Below are positions 46,840 through 56,992 of a DNA stretch of 64,000 bases, in pieces (the first letter of the stretch is position 1; every line of letters begins with the position of its first letter). The position numbers and the translations under genes are program-made. This DNA comes from an uncultured Verrucomicrobiales bacterium (GTDB taxonomy: Bacteria > Verrucomicrobiota > Verrucomicrobiia > Verrucomicrobiales > CAZUPP01): the NCBI GenBank assembly GCA_964622095.1, contig CAZUPP010000004.1, positions 89,243 through 153,242 on the forward strand, in the 5' to 3' direction. The notes below the pieces were generated by a model. That model saw only the letters and a list, made by a program, of their open reading frames with translations. It ran no database searches and was not told the DNA's origin.

Positions 46840-47658
46840 ATGGCTTTTTTTGAGTGTCATTTCTTTTCCGAATGTTTGCGGCTGAATGTCTCCGCCTATG
46901 TTTTGCTGCCACAGCAAACCACGGGGCAGCAGATCGGGGTGGACACGGGCCGGTCCTCTTCCTTGGAGGCAGGGCACCCTACACTGTATTTGCTTCACGG
47001 CTTATCCGATGACCATACCATCTGGATGCGGCGCACTTCGATCGAACGCTATGCCGCGGCCAAGGGCCTGGCCGTGGTCATGCCGGCGGTAAACCGCAGT
47101 CTTTATGCGAATACCGCCTACGGAATTAATTATTGGAATTACGTCAGCGAAGAGTTGCCTCGCGTCATGCAGGAATTCTTTCCGCTTTCAGCGGCGCGGG
47201 AGCGTAATTTTGCCGCTGGTCTCAGTATGGGAGGGTACGGCGCCCTGAGATTAGGTTTAGCCAATCCGGACAATTTCGCGGCGGTCGCGAGTCTGTCCGG
47301 GGCCCTCAAACTTCCGGACATGGTCGAGGAGGCGCGGCGTGGGGATGGACGTTTTCTTGCGGAAGAGATCAACTCGATTTTTGGAGCTGACGTCTCGGTA
47401 AAGGGTAGCGAGGTGGATCTTACTTATCTGACAGAAACGAATCTGGCGAATGGCGCCACTCTCCCGGCCATCTATATTTGCTGCGGAACGGAAGATTTTC
47501 TTTATCCGCACTCGGTCGAGTTCAGAGAATTTTTTCGAGCTAAAAATATTCCTGTTACCTATGAAGAAGGACCGGGCGCGCATCATTGGGATTACTGGGA
47601 TCTTATGATCCCACGCGTGCTGGATTGGCTCCCGCTTCAGGCAAGCTCCAGTAATTGA
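46840..47658 (+). CDS. Esterase-family protein (esterase D / tributyrin-esterase-like)
   Basis: PTLYLLHGLSDDHTIW and GLSMGGYGAL. ATG 46840 (GTG at 46834). Confidence 0.7.
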   Translation: MAFFECHFFSECLRLNVSAYVLLPQQTTGQQIGVDTGRSSSLEAGHPTLYLLHGLSDDHTIWMRRTSIERYAAAKGLAVVMPAVNRSLYANTAYGINYWNYVSEELPRVMQEFFPLSAARERNFAAGLSMGGYGALRLGLANPDNFAAVASLSGALKLPDMVEEARRGDGRFLAEEINSIFGADVSVKGSEVDLTYLTETNLANGATLPAIYICCGTEDFLYPHSVEFREFFRAKNIPVTYEEGPGAHHWDYWDLMIPRVLDWLPLQASSSN

Positions 47659-48797
47659 CTGGCTGCCGCGGTTGCCGGTATATCGCCTGCGGCGACGGCG
47701 TTTTCCATTTCGTCCAATTGGGCCCGGACCGCGTCATTCCGGTAAAACCGGTCACGTAAGGCCTCCCCGATCAGGGCATGCATCCAGTCGACATTCTGAC
47801 GCTGACGGCGCTGCTGAAAAACTCCGCTGTTCTGCGTCACCTTTTGGAAATCCGAAATAATCTCCCAGACGCGTTCGATGCCCTCCCCGGTGAGCGCGGA
47901 TACCGTGTGGGCCTTAGGTTTCCAGCCTTCCGAAGGTGAACGCAGAAAATGCAGGACGCGATTCATTTCCGTCTTGAAGGCCAGGGCCCGGGTCATGTTT
48001 TCGCCGTCTGCTTTATTGATCCAGAGTCCATCGGCCAATTCCATGATGCCTTTTTTCATGCCCTGAAGTTCATCGCCCGCGCCTGTCAGAAGAATGAGCA
48101 GGAAAAAATCCACCATCCCGCGGATGGCCGTTTCACTTTGCCCGACACCCACCGTCTCGACCAGAATGACATCGTAGCCCGCCGCCTCACACAGCAGGAG
48201 GGTTTCCCGGCTTTTTCGCGTCACCCCTCCAAGCATGCCGCCGCTGGGAGAAGGACGGATGAAAGCGTTCTCCTCCCTCGATAACCTTTCCATGCGCACC
48301 TTATCGCCCAGGATGCTGCCGCCCGTCAGGGAGCTGGACGGATCGACGGCCAGCACAGCGACTTTGTGTCCCTGTCCGATGACATATTGTCCGAAGGCCT
48401 CAATAAATGTGCTCTTCCCGGCACCCGGTACGCCCGTGATGCCGATCCGCACGGATTTTCCGGTGGCATCGATCAGGCGCTGAATGAGGTCCTCGGCCAT
48501 GGCCCGGTGCTTTGGCGCGTTGCTCTCGATGATTGTCACGGCCCGCGCAAGCAGAGCCCGATCCCCGGCGCGGATGCCTGCTTCCAGATCCGGCACGCTG
48601 GGCAAAGCGCGACGCCGGGGCGCGGAGTTATTCACCGTCACGGACATGCGGCCAGGGTGAACACGTGAGGCAAACTCGGAGCCGGCCTCGGCCGGCGCCC
48701 ACTCCGGGCGCTTTCCCTGGATCTCCTCGCTCGTATGGTGCGAACTCACCTCCGCGTCCGCCGCGCTGCCTTCACCTGTGCCCCCAGTGCTCGTCAT
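47637..48797 (-). CDS. meaB: MeaB/ArgK-type G3E GTPase (methylmalonyl-CoA mutase chaperone family)
   Basis: P-loop GVPGAGKSTFIE, ILVETVGVGQSE and INKADG. It has a ~60-aa N-terminal extension. Its 3' end overlaps the convergent esterase gene by 22 nt. Confidence 0.8.
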   Translation of the reverse strand: MTSTGGTGEGSAADAEVSSHHTSEEIQGKRPEWAPAEAGSEFASRVHPGRMSVTVNNSAPRRRALPSVPDLEAGIRAGDRALLARAVTIIESNAPKHRAMAEDLIQRLIDATGKSVRIGITGVPGAGKSTFIEAFGQYVIGQGHKVAVLAVDPSSSLTGGSILGDKVRMERLSREENAFIRPSPSGGMLGGVTRKSRETLLLCEAAGYDVILVETVGVGQSETAIRGMVDFFLLILLTGAGDELQGMKKGIMELADGLWINKADGENMTRALAFKTEMNRVLHFLRSPSEGWKPKAHTVSALTGEGIERVWEIISDFQKVTQNSGVFQQRRQRQNVDWMHALIGEALRDRFYRNDAVRAQLDEMENAVAAGDIPATAAASQLLELA

Positions 48798-48853
48798 GAT
48801 CCGGCAGCATGGAAGAGAAGCCGGTCCTGCGCAAGGGACGGTGCCGCTGGCAG

Positions 48854-49846
48854 TTACCCGTTAGTGACCGGGATAACCGCGTTCTCATTGGCGGACTGGT
48901 AGATGGCTTCGGTCACACGCATCACCTTCAGGCCCCAATTCACGTCAACGATGGAACGGCCATCATTCTGGATCGCATCGAGAAATTCCGCGTGCTTGTC
49001 GGTTGTTTGCAGGTTTTCGATCTCTTTATGCTCCGCGTCGCGCTCATTGGCGGCTTCAAAGAGTTTGGTGCTCCACTGATCCGTGTAGAGCACTTTATCA
49101 AGGCCCACCACGCCACGGCAATAGTCTGCCGCCGCGCAGTGCCAACTGCCCGTGTGCGTTCCGACGGCGCCGTTCTCGAAATTGATGATGATGGAGAGGT
49201 GATCGTTGGCGCGAGGGTGCTCGCTGTTGTTTGCTGTAGTGCGCGCATAAACGGAGCTGACCTCGCCGCCAGTCGCCATAATCCAGTCGATCTCATGGAT
49301 GTTGACCTCCATGAGCAACCCGCCCGATTTCGCCGGGTCACCCCGCCAACTACCCGAGCTGCTGTCCAGCCCTCGCCCGAGGTGAGCCATGCGGCGCGAC
49401 CAGATCGTGATCACCCGGCCCAGAGCTCCGGATTGAGCCTGCTCCGTCATGGTCGGGAAACCCTTGCCCCAGCGCACAGAGAAACCGATAGCCGACTTCA
49501 CCCCTGCCTTATTCATCGCCGCCGTCATCTGCTCAGCTTCCGCCAGGTTGATTCCCATCGGTTTTTCGCAGTAGATGTGTTTTCCCGCTTCAGCGCAGGT
49601 GACGGCCTGTTCACAGTGGAAATGATTCGGGCTGGAGATGACCACCGCGTCCACTTCATCGAGGAATTCGCGGTAATCGGCCAGGGGTCTGGCGCCTACT
49701 TCTTCAGCCAGAGCGGTGGCTCTTGCCGTGTCCGGATCCGCGATGGCCACAACCTCGGACCGGTCTGATTTCTTAAAGTAACGGGCGTGACCGCTGGCGT
49801 TGGGTCCAGCGCCGATGATGCCAAAGCGAATGGGTGAACGGGTCAT
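48854..49846 (-). CDS. Gfo/Idh/MocA-family oxidoreductase
   Basis: N-terminal Rossmann motif IRFGIIGAGPNASGHA and EKP (YCEKPM). Antisense ORF 48809-49768 is judged spurious. Confidence 0.8.
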   Translation of the reverse strand: MTRSPIRFGIIGAGPNASGHARYFKKSDRSEVVAIADPDTARATALAEEVGARPLADYREFLDEVDAVVISSPNHFHCEQAVTCAEAGKHIYCEKPMGINLAEAEQMTAAMNKAGVKSAIGFSVRWGKGFPTMTEQAQSGALGRVITIWSRRMAHLGRGLDSSSGSWRGDPAKSGGLLMEVNIHEIDWIMATGGEVSSVYARTTANNSEHPRANDHLSIIINFENGAVGTHTGSWHCAAADYCRGVVGLDKVLYTDQWSTKLFEAANERDAEHKEIENLQTTDKHAEFLDAIQNDGRSIVDVNWGLKVMRVTEAIYQSANENAVIPVTNG

Positions 49847-49977
49847 AAGCAGGATTCTCCTTCAGAGCGGACCATTACGCCACGTCAGCAGGCACACACT
49901 GTCAATGTGAATCGGTTCAATTTTAGAATGTTTGACCGCACATTGATGCACGCTAAACATCTGAGGCTGTGCCAGAG

Positions 49978-51348
49978 ATGAACCGACCTCATATCCTTCT
50001 CATCCATTCCGACCAGCACCGGTATGACTGTGTGCGGGCGAATGGCCATCCCTACATTCACACGCCAAACCTGGACCGTCTGGCGGCGGGCGGGGTCAAT
50101 TTCAGCCACGCCTTCACGCCCAACCCGGTCTGCTCACCCGCGCGGGCCTGTCTGCAGACGGGCACCTGGTCATCCATTCACAAATGCGTCACGATCCCCG
50201 GTACGGAGGCGTTTCAGACTACTCCAGATGACATGCCCAAGCTGACCCAACTGTTGGCGGACGCGGATTATCGTGTGGCTCACGTGGGAAAGTTTCATGC
50301 CGAGGTGTCCGGCGGTCCCACCGATCACGGGGCGGAAAAATATATCGGCACCGGTGAATACAGAAAATGGCGCGAAGCAGAAATGGGTCTGCCGCCCCGG
50401 CAGGAAAAGAAAAGCTGGTGGGGCACGGTGGACAGACATGCCACCGCTGATCAAACCTGTCTCGGCTGGCAATGCGCGCGGTCTCTCGAGATTCTCAATG
50501 ATTTTGCCTCCACCGCGTCGGAGCGCCCTTTCTTTTTCCGCTGGGATCCGCCCGAGCCGCACTTGCCTAACCTCCCGACACAGGAATTCGTCGATTTATA
50601 TCCGCTTGAAAAAATTGAGCCGTGGCCGGGTTTTCCGGATCCGCTCAGGAATAAATCCGAAGCACAACGCCGGACGCGCCTGCGCTGGAAAACGGATGAT
50701 AAGGGCTGGGATTTTTGGGCGCCGGTCGTGCAAAAATATCTCGCGGACATCAGTTTGCTCGACGCGCAGGTCGGGAAAATCCTTGATTGGCTGGATGAGA
50801 CCGGTCTGGCGGAAAATACCCTGGTTATCTATTCGACGGACCATGGAGATATGTGCGGTGGCCACGGCATGATGGATAAACACTATAATATGTATGAGGA
50901 CATCATGCGGGTGCCGCTCATAGCCCGCTGGCCGGGGCATTTGCCGGAGCAGGCCGTGTGTGACCGCTTTATCAGCCACGAGTTGGACATGGCTAAGACC
51001 ATCCTTCACGCCGCCGGGATCGAAGCGCCGCAAACTTTTCTGGGGCGCAGTTTAATCTCGGAAGCGGCTCATCAAGGCGAAGCCCGGCCGGACATTTTCG
51101 CCCAATACATGGGCACCCATCAGGGCATGTACAGCATGCGCATGCTCCGCGATAAACGATTTAAATACGTCTACAGCCCGAGCGGCGTGGATGAACTTTA
51201 TGATCTGGAAAATGACCCGGGTGAGCTGCGTAATCTGATCTGTGAAGCTGAAACCATCTCTGAGCGTGACCGGCTCATGAACCAGATGACCGAGGTGATG
51301 AAAGAAATCCGTGACCCGCTCAGTGGGCCAACCTATACGTGGGAGTGA
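49978..51348 (+). CDS. Sulfatase (formylglycine/Cys-type), apparently cytoplasmic
   Basis: CSPARACLQTG (C-x-P-x-R signature) and ILLIHSDQHR. No signal peptide from ATG 49978. Confidence 0.8.
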   Translation: MNRPHILLIHSDQHRYDCVRANGHPYIHTPNLDRLAAGGVNFSHAFTPNPVCSPARACLQTGTWSSIHKCVTIPGTEAFQTTPDDMPKLTQLLADADYRVAHVGKFHAEVSGGPTDHGAEKYIGTGEYRKWREAEMGLPPRQEKKSWWGTVDRHATADQTCLGWQCARSLEILNDFASTASERPFFFRWDPPEPHLPNLPTQEFVDLYPLEKIEPWPGFPDPLRNKSEAQRRTRLRWKTDDKGWDFWAPVVQKYLADISLLDAQVGKILDWLDETGLAENTLVIYSTDHGDMCGGHGMMDKHYNMYEDIMRVPLIARWPGHLPEQAVCDRFISHELDMAKTILHAAGIEAPQTFLGRSLISEAAHQGEARPDIFAQYMGTHQGMYSMRMLRDKRFKYVYSPSGVDELYDLENDPGELRNLICEAETISERDRLMNQMTEVMKEIRDPLSGPTYTWE

Positions 51349-51351
51349 TCC

Positions 51352-52614
51352 TTACCCCCGGGCCATCAGCACATTGCGCTCGTAGCTTTTCACTTCGCTC
51401 AGCCAGTCCAGTCCGCACGGCACATTCTGGCGCCGGCAGTGTTCATCCCAGACCGCGCCAAAGGGCAGGTTTTTTATTTCCTCCAGCATCATCAGACGCG
51501 CCGTGTAATCGCCGTTGTTTTCCACTTCACGCAGCCGGCTGGCCGGTTCCAAAAGCGCCAGCAGAACACTGCGCAGCGCGTTGCGTGTGCCGATTACCCA
51601 GGCGGCAATGCGATTGATGCTCGCGTCAAAGAAATCCAGGCCAATCGCGGTTTTGCTCAGGAAATTTCCGCGCACCAATTCCTCAGCGATGGCTTTGGTC
51701 GGATCATCGAAGAGCACGACGTGATCACTGTCCCAGCGTACCCCGCGGCTCACATGAAGAAGCAGGCCGGGCACAAACTGGAGCACACAACTGATTTTGT
51801 CCGCCAGACTTTCCGTGGGGTGAAAATGTCCGGCGTCCAGGCAAAGTATTTTCTGATTCTTCACCGCGTAACCCAGATAGAATTCATGTGATCCCACGGT
51901 GTAGGATTCCACTCCGATGCCGAAGAGCTTCGACTCAATCGCATCCTGATTGTGGGCGCAGTCAAATGGCGCCGCGAAGAGTTTATCCAGACTGTCTTCC
52001 AGGCGTTCACGCGGGGATTTCCGGTCAAACGGGACGTCTTTATATCCGTCCGGGATCCAGTGATTATTCACGCAGGGGGTGCCAAGTTCCCGGCCCATGG
52101 TCTCACCAATGCGACGGCAGGCGATGCCGTGGTTGATCCAGTAATCACGAATCCCCTTATCCTGATGGCTCAGGGTAAAGCCGTCATCCGCCTTGGGGTG
52201 CGCAAAATAGGTTGGGTTGAAATCGAGCCCGATGCCGTTGCTCCGCGCCCATTCAATCCAGCTTTGAAAATGTTCCGGCCTAACTTCCGCCCGGTCGACC
52301 TTTTGCCCGCCGAAATCTCCGTAGCTCGCATGCAGCGCAAAGCGGTGTTTACCCGGAATGAGACTCATCGCTTTCTCCGCGTCCTGCCTCAGCTCTTCAA
52401 TCGTGCGGGCGCGCCCGGGATAATTGCCCGTCGCCTGAATACCGCCGCCTGAGGTTACCTCGTCTTTGCTCTCGAACCCGCCGACGTCATCCCCCTGCCA
52501 GCAATGCATGGAGATAGGAGTAGCGGTCAGGGTGGCCAGGGTCTGCTCAGTATCAACGCCCCACTGGGCGTAAGTCTCTTTCGCGATGGGGTAGGACTGC
52601 TCCGGGTTGCTCAT
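51352..52614 (-). CDS. rhaA: L-rhamnose isomerase
   Basis: ISMHCWQGDDVGGFE...GGIQATGNYPGRAR...LHASY closely parallels E. coli RhaA. ATG 52614 matches the E. coli N-terminal length. Confidence 0.85.
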   Translation of the reverse strand: MSNPEQSYPIAKETYAQWGVDTEQTLATLTATPISMHCWQGDDVGGFESKDEVTSGGGIQATGNYPGRARTIEELRQDAEKAMSLIPGKHRFALHASYGDFGGQKVDRAEVRPEHFQSWIEWARSNGIGLDFNPTYFAHPKADDGFTLSHQDKGIRDYWINHGIACRRIGETMGRELGTPCVNNHWIPDGYKDVPFDRKSPRERLEDSLDKLFAAPFDCAHNQDAIESKLFGIGVESYTVGSHEFYLGYAVKNQKILCLDAGHFHPTESLADKISCVLQFVPGLLLHVSRGVRWDSDHVVLFDDPTKAIAEELVRGNFLSKTAIGLDFFDASINRIAAWVIGTRNALRSVLLALLEPASRLREVENNGDYTARLMMLEEIKNLPFGAVWDEHCRRQNVPCGLDWLSEVKSYERNVLMARG

Positions 52615-52677
52615 GCGGAGAGGATTGAAGGAATGTGCACCCTCGTGCAATGCAAAATATGTGTCTTCAAAAATCAA

Positions 52678-53487
52678 TCAGTGAAGCGGCGCAAACTGCA
52701 GGTCTGCCCTGGGCTGGGGAAGAAAGGTCGTGCCCACACGCTCGCCATTAACCGCGGCGGTGATATTTCCCGGCTGACGGCCATTTGCGATAACGGTCTG
52801 AATACCGTGGTTCACCGCGATTTTAATCGCGTCCAGTTTTGAGCGCATCCCGCCGCGAGACATGCGTCCTTTATTATCCCCGACAACATGCTCAACGGTC
52901 GAGATATCTTCGACTACCCGAAAGGGTTCACCCGTGCCATCGGTATTTTGGGTTAATCCTTCGACGCCTGATAAAATCACCAGTAAATCCGCCTGTATCA
53001 GAATCGCCACCTCCGCTGCGATCAAGTCATTATCTGTCACCCGAATCGCTTCGGTCGCGACGGAGTCATTCTCGTTAATTATGGGAATGGCGCGGCGGCT
53101 GGACAATAGATGATTCAGCGTATTCCGCGCATTCATGTAGCGTCGGCGGCTGTCCAGATCGGCCGGGGTCAGGAGCAGTTGCGCTACCAGCAAATTATCC
53201 CGGGCAAAAAAACCGTGATATAATTCCATCAGCCGTGTCTGCCCAATCGCGGCGCATGCCTGGATGTTAGGCAAATCCCGCGGTTCCTCCGTGAGCCCGA
53301 GCGCCATCAGTCCGGCCCCGACTGCTCCGCTGGACACCAGCACCACTTCGCAACCGGAATGATGCACGGAGGCGACTTCTCCGGAGAGCCGCTCAAACTG
53401 GTTCAGATCCAGTTCGTCGCCATCCGGCCGGGTTAAAATACCCGTGCCGAATTTCAGGACGATCCGTTTGTGATTCACCTCTGCCAT
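52678..53487 (-). CDS. proB: Glutamate 5-kinase (short form, no PUA domain)
   Basis: KRIVLKFGTGILT, VLVSSGAV and IINENDSVAT. ATG 53487 is preferred over TTG 53523. Confidence 0.85.
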   Translation of the reverse strand: MAEVNHKRIVLKFGTGILTRPDGDELDLNQFERLSGEVASVHHSGCEVVLVSSGAVGAGLMALGLTEEPRDLPNIQACAAIGQTRLMELYHGFFARDNLLVAQLLLTPADLDSRRRYMNARNTLNHLLSSRRAIPIINENDSVATEAIRVTDNDLIAAEVAILIQADLLVILSGVEGLTQNTDGTGEPFRVVEDISTVEHVVGDNKGRMSRGGMRSKLDAIKIAVNHGIQTVIANGRQPGNITAAVNGERVGTTFLPQPRADLQFAPLH

Positions 53488-53526
53488 GACGGCATTCTCG
53501 CGTTCATCGACCGTGGCGCGCAATTA

Positions 53527-54672
53527 CTAATTGGCGCCCGGGATAAATTGCACGCAACTCGGCTGCGGCACGCCTTCTTTGGTGAATTTATGAACAAGCC
53601 TGCCATCTTCCTGAATGGCGAACACACTCAGGCTGCCTGAGCCTTGGTTCGCACAGAGCAGCCATCTTTCGCCGACGGCCAGGGAGCGCACGTTTTTTCC
53701 CTCTTTAGATACCGTTTCGATCAACTCCATGCTCCCAGCCTTTTTGTCGTGTTTGATCACGGCAATCGTATCACTCCCGCGATTAGCGGAGTAAATCATA
53801 TTTACATCGTCGTTCAGTCGGTAGGTGGCGATATCCGATGGACTGTTCCCACCCGGCTGTTCCGACCGGGACGAGACCCGGATTAATTCGCTGGCTCCTT
53901 CTTCTCTGATCTGAAATGCCACCACCTCGGCGGACATTTCAGTATTCACATAAATAATGGGGTGATAGGGATCAGACGTTTCCCCTGGCCGTGAATCAAA
54001 TGCAATATGCCTTGGTCCAGTGCCGTCACCGGCAAAAAAATCAATTCGCGTGGCAGGATCAATTCTCTGGCTCGCGCTCTCTAGCCCGTATACCACCGCT
54101 CGGTCAATTCCCAGATCGCCGATTGCGGCATATTTGCCGAGCGGACAGACTTCGATTGAATGCGGATGAGAGTTATCCTGGCGTGGCGATACTTTTCCCG
54201 AGCCTTGATGTTGTATCTTCCTGATTTTCTCCAGGCTGCCATCTTCCGCCACGGAAAATTCCACGATACTCCCACGGCTCGGCCGGTCCTGCGGATCTTC
54301 CCGGAAATTCGCCACCCAGACGGTGCGGCCATTTGGACTCACTTCCACATAACAGGGCGTTCCGCCGAAGGTATCCGCCTGCGCTGCTTCTTTCCAGGTG
54401 CCGTCGTCCTGCCGGTCAAGCACGGCGATTCTTTCCCCGCCCACCACAAACATTCGTCGAGCGTCTTCTGTCACCGTAAACCATGCCCCGCCTTTTTCAT
54501 AGCCAGCCGGCGATAGTTCGATTTCTCCAGAATCATCAGTGATTTTTCCAGACATCAGGCCTTGACCGCTCAGAACCATAAATTCGGCGGCGCTCGCTCT
54601 GGCAGCGAAGGTCATCAGGATACTGAAGTAAACGAATTTACGAATAAAGCTGCCAATCCAGTTTGTTTTCAT
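53527..54672 (-). CDS. Secreted 7-bladed beta-propeller lactonase-family protein
   Basis: Signal peptide from ATG 54672, with repeated blade motifs (PCYVEVSPNGRTVWVANF; PHSIEVCPLGKYAAIGDLG; GPRHIAFD). Its 5' end overlaps the nagB 3' end by 35 nt. Confidence 0.7.
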   Translation of the reverse strand: MKTNWIGSFIRKFVYFSILMTFAARASAAEFMVLSGQGLMSGKITDDSGEIELSPAGYEKGGAWFTVTEDARRMFVVGGERIAVLDRQDDGTWKEAAQADTFGGTPCYVEVSPNGRTVWVANFREDPQDRPSRGSIVEFSVAEDGSLEKIRKIQHQGSGKVSPRQDNSHPHSIEVCPLGKYAAIGDLGIDRAVVYGLESASQRIDPATRIDFFAGDGTGPRHIAFDSRPGETSDPYHPIIYVNTEMSAEVVAFQIREEGASELIRVSSRSEQPGGNSPSDIATYRLNDDVNMIYSANRGSDTIAVIKHDKKAGSMELIETVSKEGKNVRSLAVGERWLLCANQGSGSLSVFAIQEDGRLVHKFTKEGVPQPSCVQFIPGAN

Positions 54673-55423
54673 CGATCCATTTATAGTGTTCATAGTAAGT
54701 CAGTCCCTGCGCCGCTTCTTCATCGATCAGGACGGTCACCCGTGGATGCTGCTGCAGCGCGCTCGCTGGATACATCGCGCTGAGCGGCCCTTCAATCATT
54801 TCTTTAATCGCATTGGCCTTTTTCTCTCCGCCCGCCAAGAGAAGACAATGGCGCGCCTCCAGAATGGTGCCGATGCCCATCGTGATCACATGGCGTGGCA
54901 TATCCTCCGGCCGGTCAAAGTGCTGTGCGTTATCCTGCATGGTGCGGCGGGAGAGAATTTTCACCCACGTCCGGGAATTCAGGGAACCGGTCGGCTCGTT
55001 AAAGCCAATATGCCCGTTGCCGCCAATCCCGAGAATTTGCAGATCAATGCCGCCCGCTGCCCGGATCATCTCTTCATAGTGACGGCAATAATCCCGCAAT
55101 TGCGCCGCCGTGCCGTCCGGGATATAGGTTTTCCCGCGATCGATATTGATGTGCGCAAAAAAGCTCTCATTCATATAGTGATGGTAGGAGCGGGGATGAT
55201 CATGTGCCAGCCCCACATATTCATCCAGGTTGAACGTAGTGCACTGTGAGAAATCCAGACCTTCCTCCCGGTGCATGCGGATCAATTCCCGATACAGCAT
55301 CAGCGGGGTGCTGCCCGTCGCCAGTCCCAGCACCGCCGCAGGTTTTTCCCGCACCCGGTGCTCCATCATCTTCGCCGCGTAGGCGCAGCATTGCTCCAGG
55401 TTTTCGCGGATGATCACTTCCAT
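54638..55423 (-). CDS. nagB: Glucosamine-6-phosphate deaminase
   Basis: LGLATGSTP, FNLDEYVGL and GIGGNGHIGFNEP. Confidence 0.9.
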   Translation of the reverse strand: MEVIIRENLEQCCAYAAKMMEHRVREKPAAVLGLATGSTPLMLYRELIRMHREEGLDFSQCTTFNLDEYVGLAHDHPRSYHHYMNESFFAHINIDRGKTYIPDGTAAQLRDYCRHYEEMIRAAGGIDLQILGIGGNGHIGFNEPTGSLNSRTWVKILSRRTMQDNAQHFDRPEDMPRHVITMGIGTILEARHCLLLAGGEKKANAIKEMIEGPLSAMYPASALQQHPRVTVLIDEEAAQGLTYYEHYKWIDENKLDWQLYS

Positions 55424-55499
55424 CCCGCCTCAGACCGATTGCGCCGATGAATGATCGAAAAAGATTGCCAGCCCGGACCGCCCGCCGTACCACCAGCTC

Positions 55500-55961
55500 A
55501 TGAGTAAAACACCCCTTGCCAGATTTTCTGCGGCCACCCTCTGCGGCCTTTGCGCATGCTTTTTCTCCGGTTGCGAGATTGATCCCTCAGCCTTCGACTC
55601 ATCTGGCAGCGGCAGCTACGCCGGTGGGGGTAGCCCCTATGAAGGGGATGAAGGGCAGGGCCAATTTGATGCCCCTGGCAGCGGCGAACCATGGACCGCA
55701 CGTCCCATCCCGGGTGGAGGCGGTGTCGAAGTCTATGATCGCGCCGGTAATTTACTTACCCAGGTCGATTCCGGGCTGTTCTTTGTTGAGGAATATAATT
55801 TTATCAATAACCGCAATCAACTCGTGGTGAAATCCCGTGGCCGTCACGGACCCGCCACCGTCCAGCTCTTTGATTCTCGTACCGGCCGCCAGATCGACGA
55901 AATCTTTGGCTACGAGGTCACCGGTGGCCGCCCGGCCTGGGCCGCACCCTACGCGGAGTGA
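55500..55961 (+). CDS. Hypothetical lipoprotein
   Basis: Lipobox FFSGC and a Gly-rich linker. No motif recognised. Confidence 0.5.
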   Translation: MSKTPLARFSAATLCGLCACFFSGCEIDPSAFDSSGSGSYAGGGSPYEGDEGQGQFDAPGSGEPWTARPIPGGGGVEVYDRAGNLLTQVDSGLFFVEEYNFINNRNQLVVKSRGRHGPATVQLFDSRTGRQIDEIFGYEVTGGRPAWAAPYAE

Positions 55962-55981
55962 TTATCTAGCTAAACTGATAA

Positions 55982-56992
55982 TCAGTCCTGCACCTTCGTC
56001 TCACTTTCCCCGTGCAGATGCTGTGGGGGCGCACCCACTCCGCGATGCAGCAGCGCTTCGCGTTCAGTCACAATGCGTTTCGCGATATCCTCGATCGCTT
56101 TGCAGATCCACAGGTGTGCCTGTTCGTACGGATTATAGTTTGCCACGCCAAAAGCTTCCGCCCGGCCCTGAATCTGCAGGTCACAGGCCTGCGCGAATTC
56201 CTCCGTCGAACCATGCCGGTAGACTGCAAAACTGCGCCCGCCGTATTGGCGGATTATACTGAAGACCGGGATGTCACTCGGCCCATCCGCGATGTAAACC
56301 ATATTACGGATCGGCACCCGCCGCTGCTCCGGTGGCACCTGAGAATTAACGCTGATCGCCGGGTTAACGTTCGTTCCTTTATTTATCTCAAAAATCGCCC
56401 GCGTCTTCGTTGTATTATCAATCGCATACACAATGTGATCGATCTCGCCCGTCTCAAAAAGTGGGTTTCCCGTCTCTTCGCCTCCTGCGCTTAGATCGTC
56501 TTTGCTTAACCGTTCCAGATATCCCGGGCGCGGCATGCTTTCGGCAAATTCACAGCCCCAGACATCGTCAATATACGGAGCAATCGCGCTGCCCAGAATA
56601 ATCTGGCGCAGACCCGTGCTCACAATATAGTGCTCCACCCGCAGCTCGTGGGAAAGATACGGCTCCTTTTTCATCAGTTCCCGGGTCGTCTGGAAAAAAT
56701 CCGGCAACCCCGGGTAAAACGTCAGTTCCGCTCCCAGCTCCCGCAGCCGCCGGTTATTGAGCCCCTTAAATATTCCCTGCCGCACGTAACTCAGGATGTG
56801 ATTGAGATACAGCGTATCCGCTCCCACCCGGTCAATTCCCTGGCGCTCATAGTATCGGCTCAGCGCATTGACCTCCCGCCAGAATTCCCGTGGCTCCACC
56901 CGGTAATGCGCAAAGAGCGGTTCCTGCATGTAACCCGGGATCAGCGTTCTATCGAAGTCCCAGATGATCGCGATAACGTTTTGCGGAAGCAT
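55982..56992 (-). CDS. HAD-superfamily hydrolase
   Basis: Motif I IIWDFDRTL right at the N-terminus (ATG 56992; the track TTG is at 56998), plus a late ADGPSD motif. Confidence 0.6.
   Translation of the reverse strand: MLPQNVIAIIWDFDRTLIPGYMQEPLFAHYRVEPREFWREVNALSRYYERQGIDRVGADTLYLNHILSYVRQGIFKGLNNRRLRELGAELTFYPGLPDFFQTTRELMKKEPYLSHELRVEHYIVSTGLRQIILGSAIAPYIDDVWGCEFAESMPRPGYLERLSKDDLSAGGEETGNPLFETGEIDHIVYAIDNTTKTRAIFEINKGTNVNPAISVNSQVPPEQRRVPIRNMVYIADGPSDIPVFSIIRQYGGRSFAVYRHGSTEEFAQACDLQIQGRAEAFGVANYNPYEQAHLWICKAIEDIAKRIVTEREALLHRGVGAPPQHLHGESETKVQD

Noticed and set aside
55960-55983. AT-rich hairpin GATTATC-N10-GATAATC spanning both stop codons of convergent genes
   Set aside because: The stem is 7 bp, A/T-rich, with a 10-nt loop and no flanking U-tract. 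It is too weak to call a terminator.
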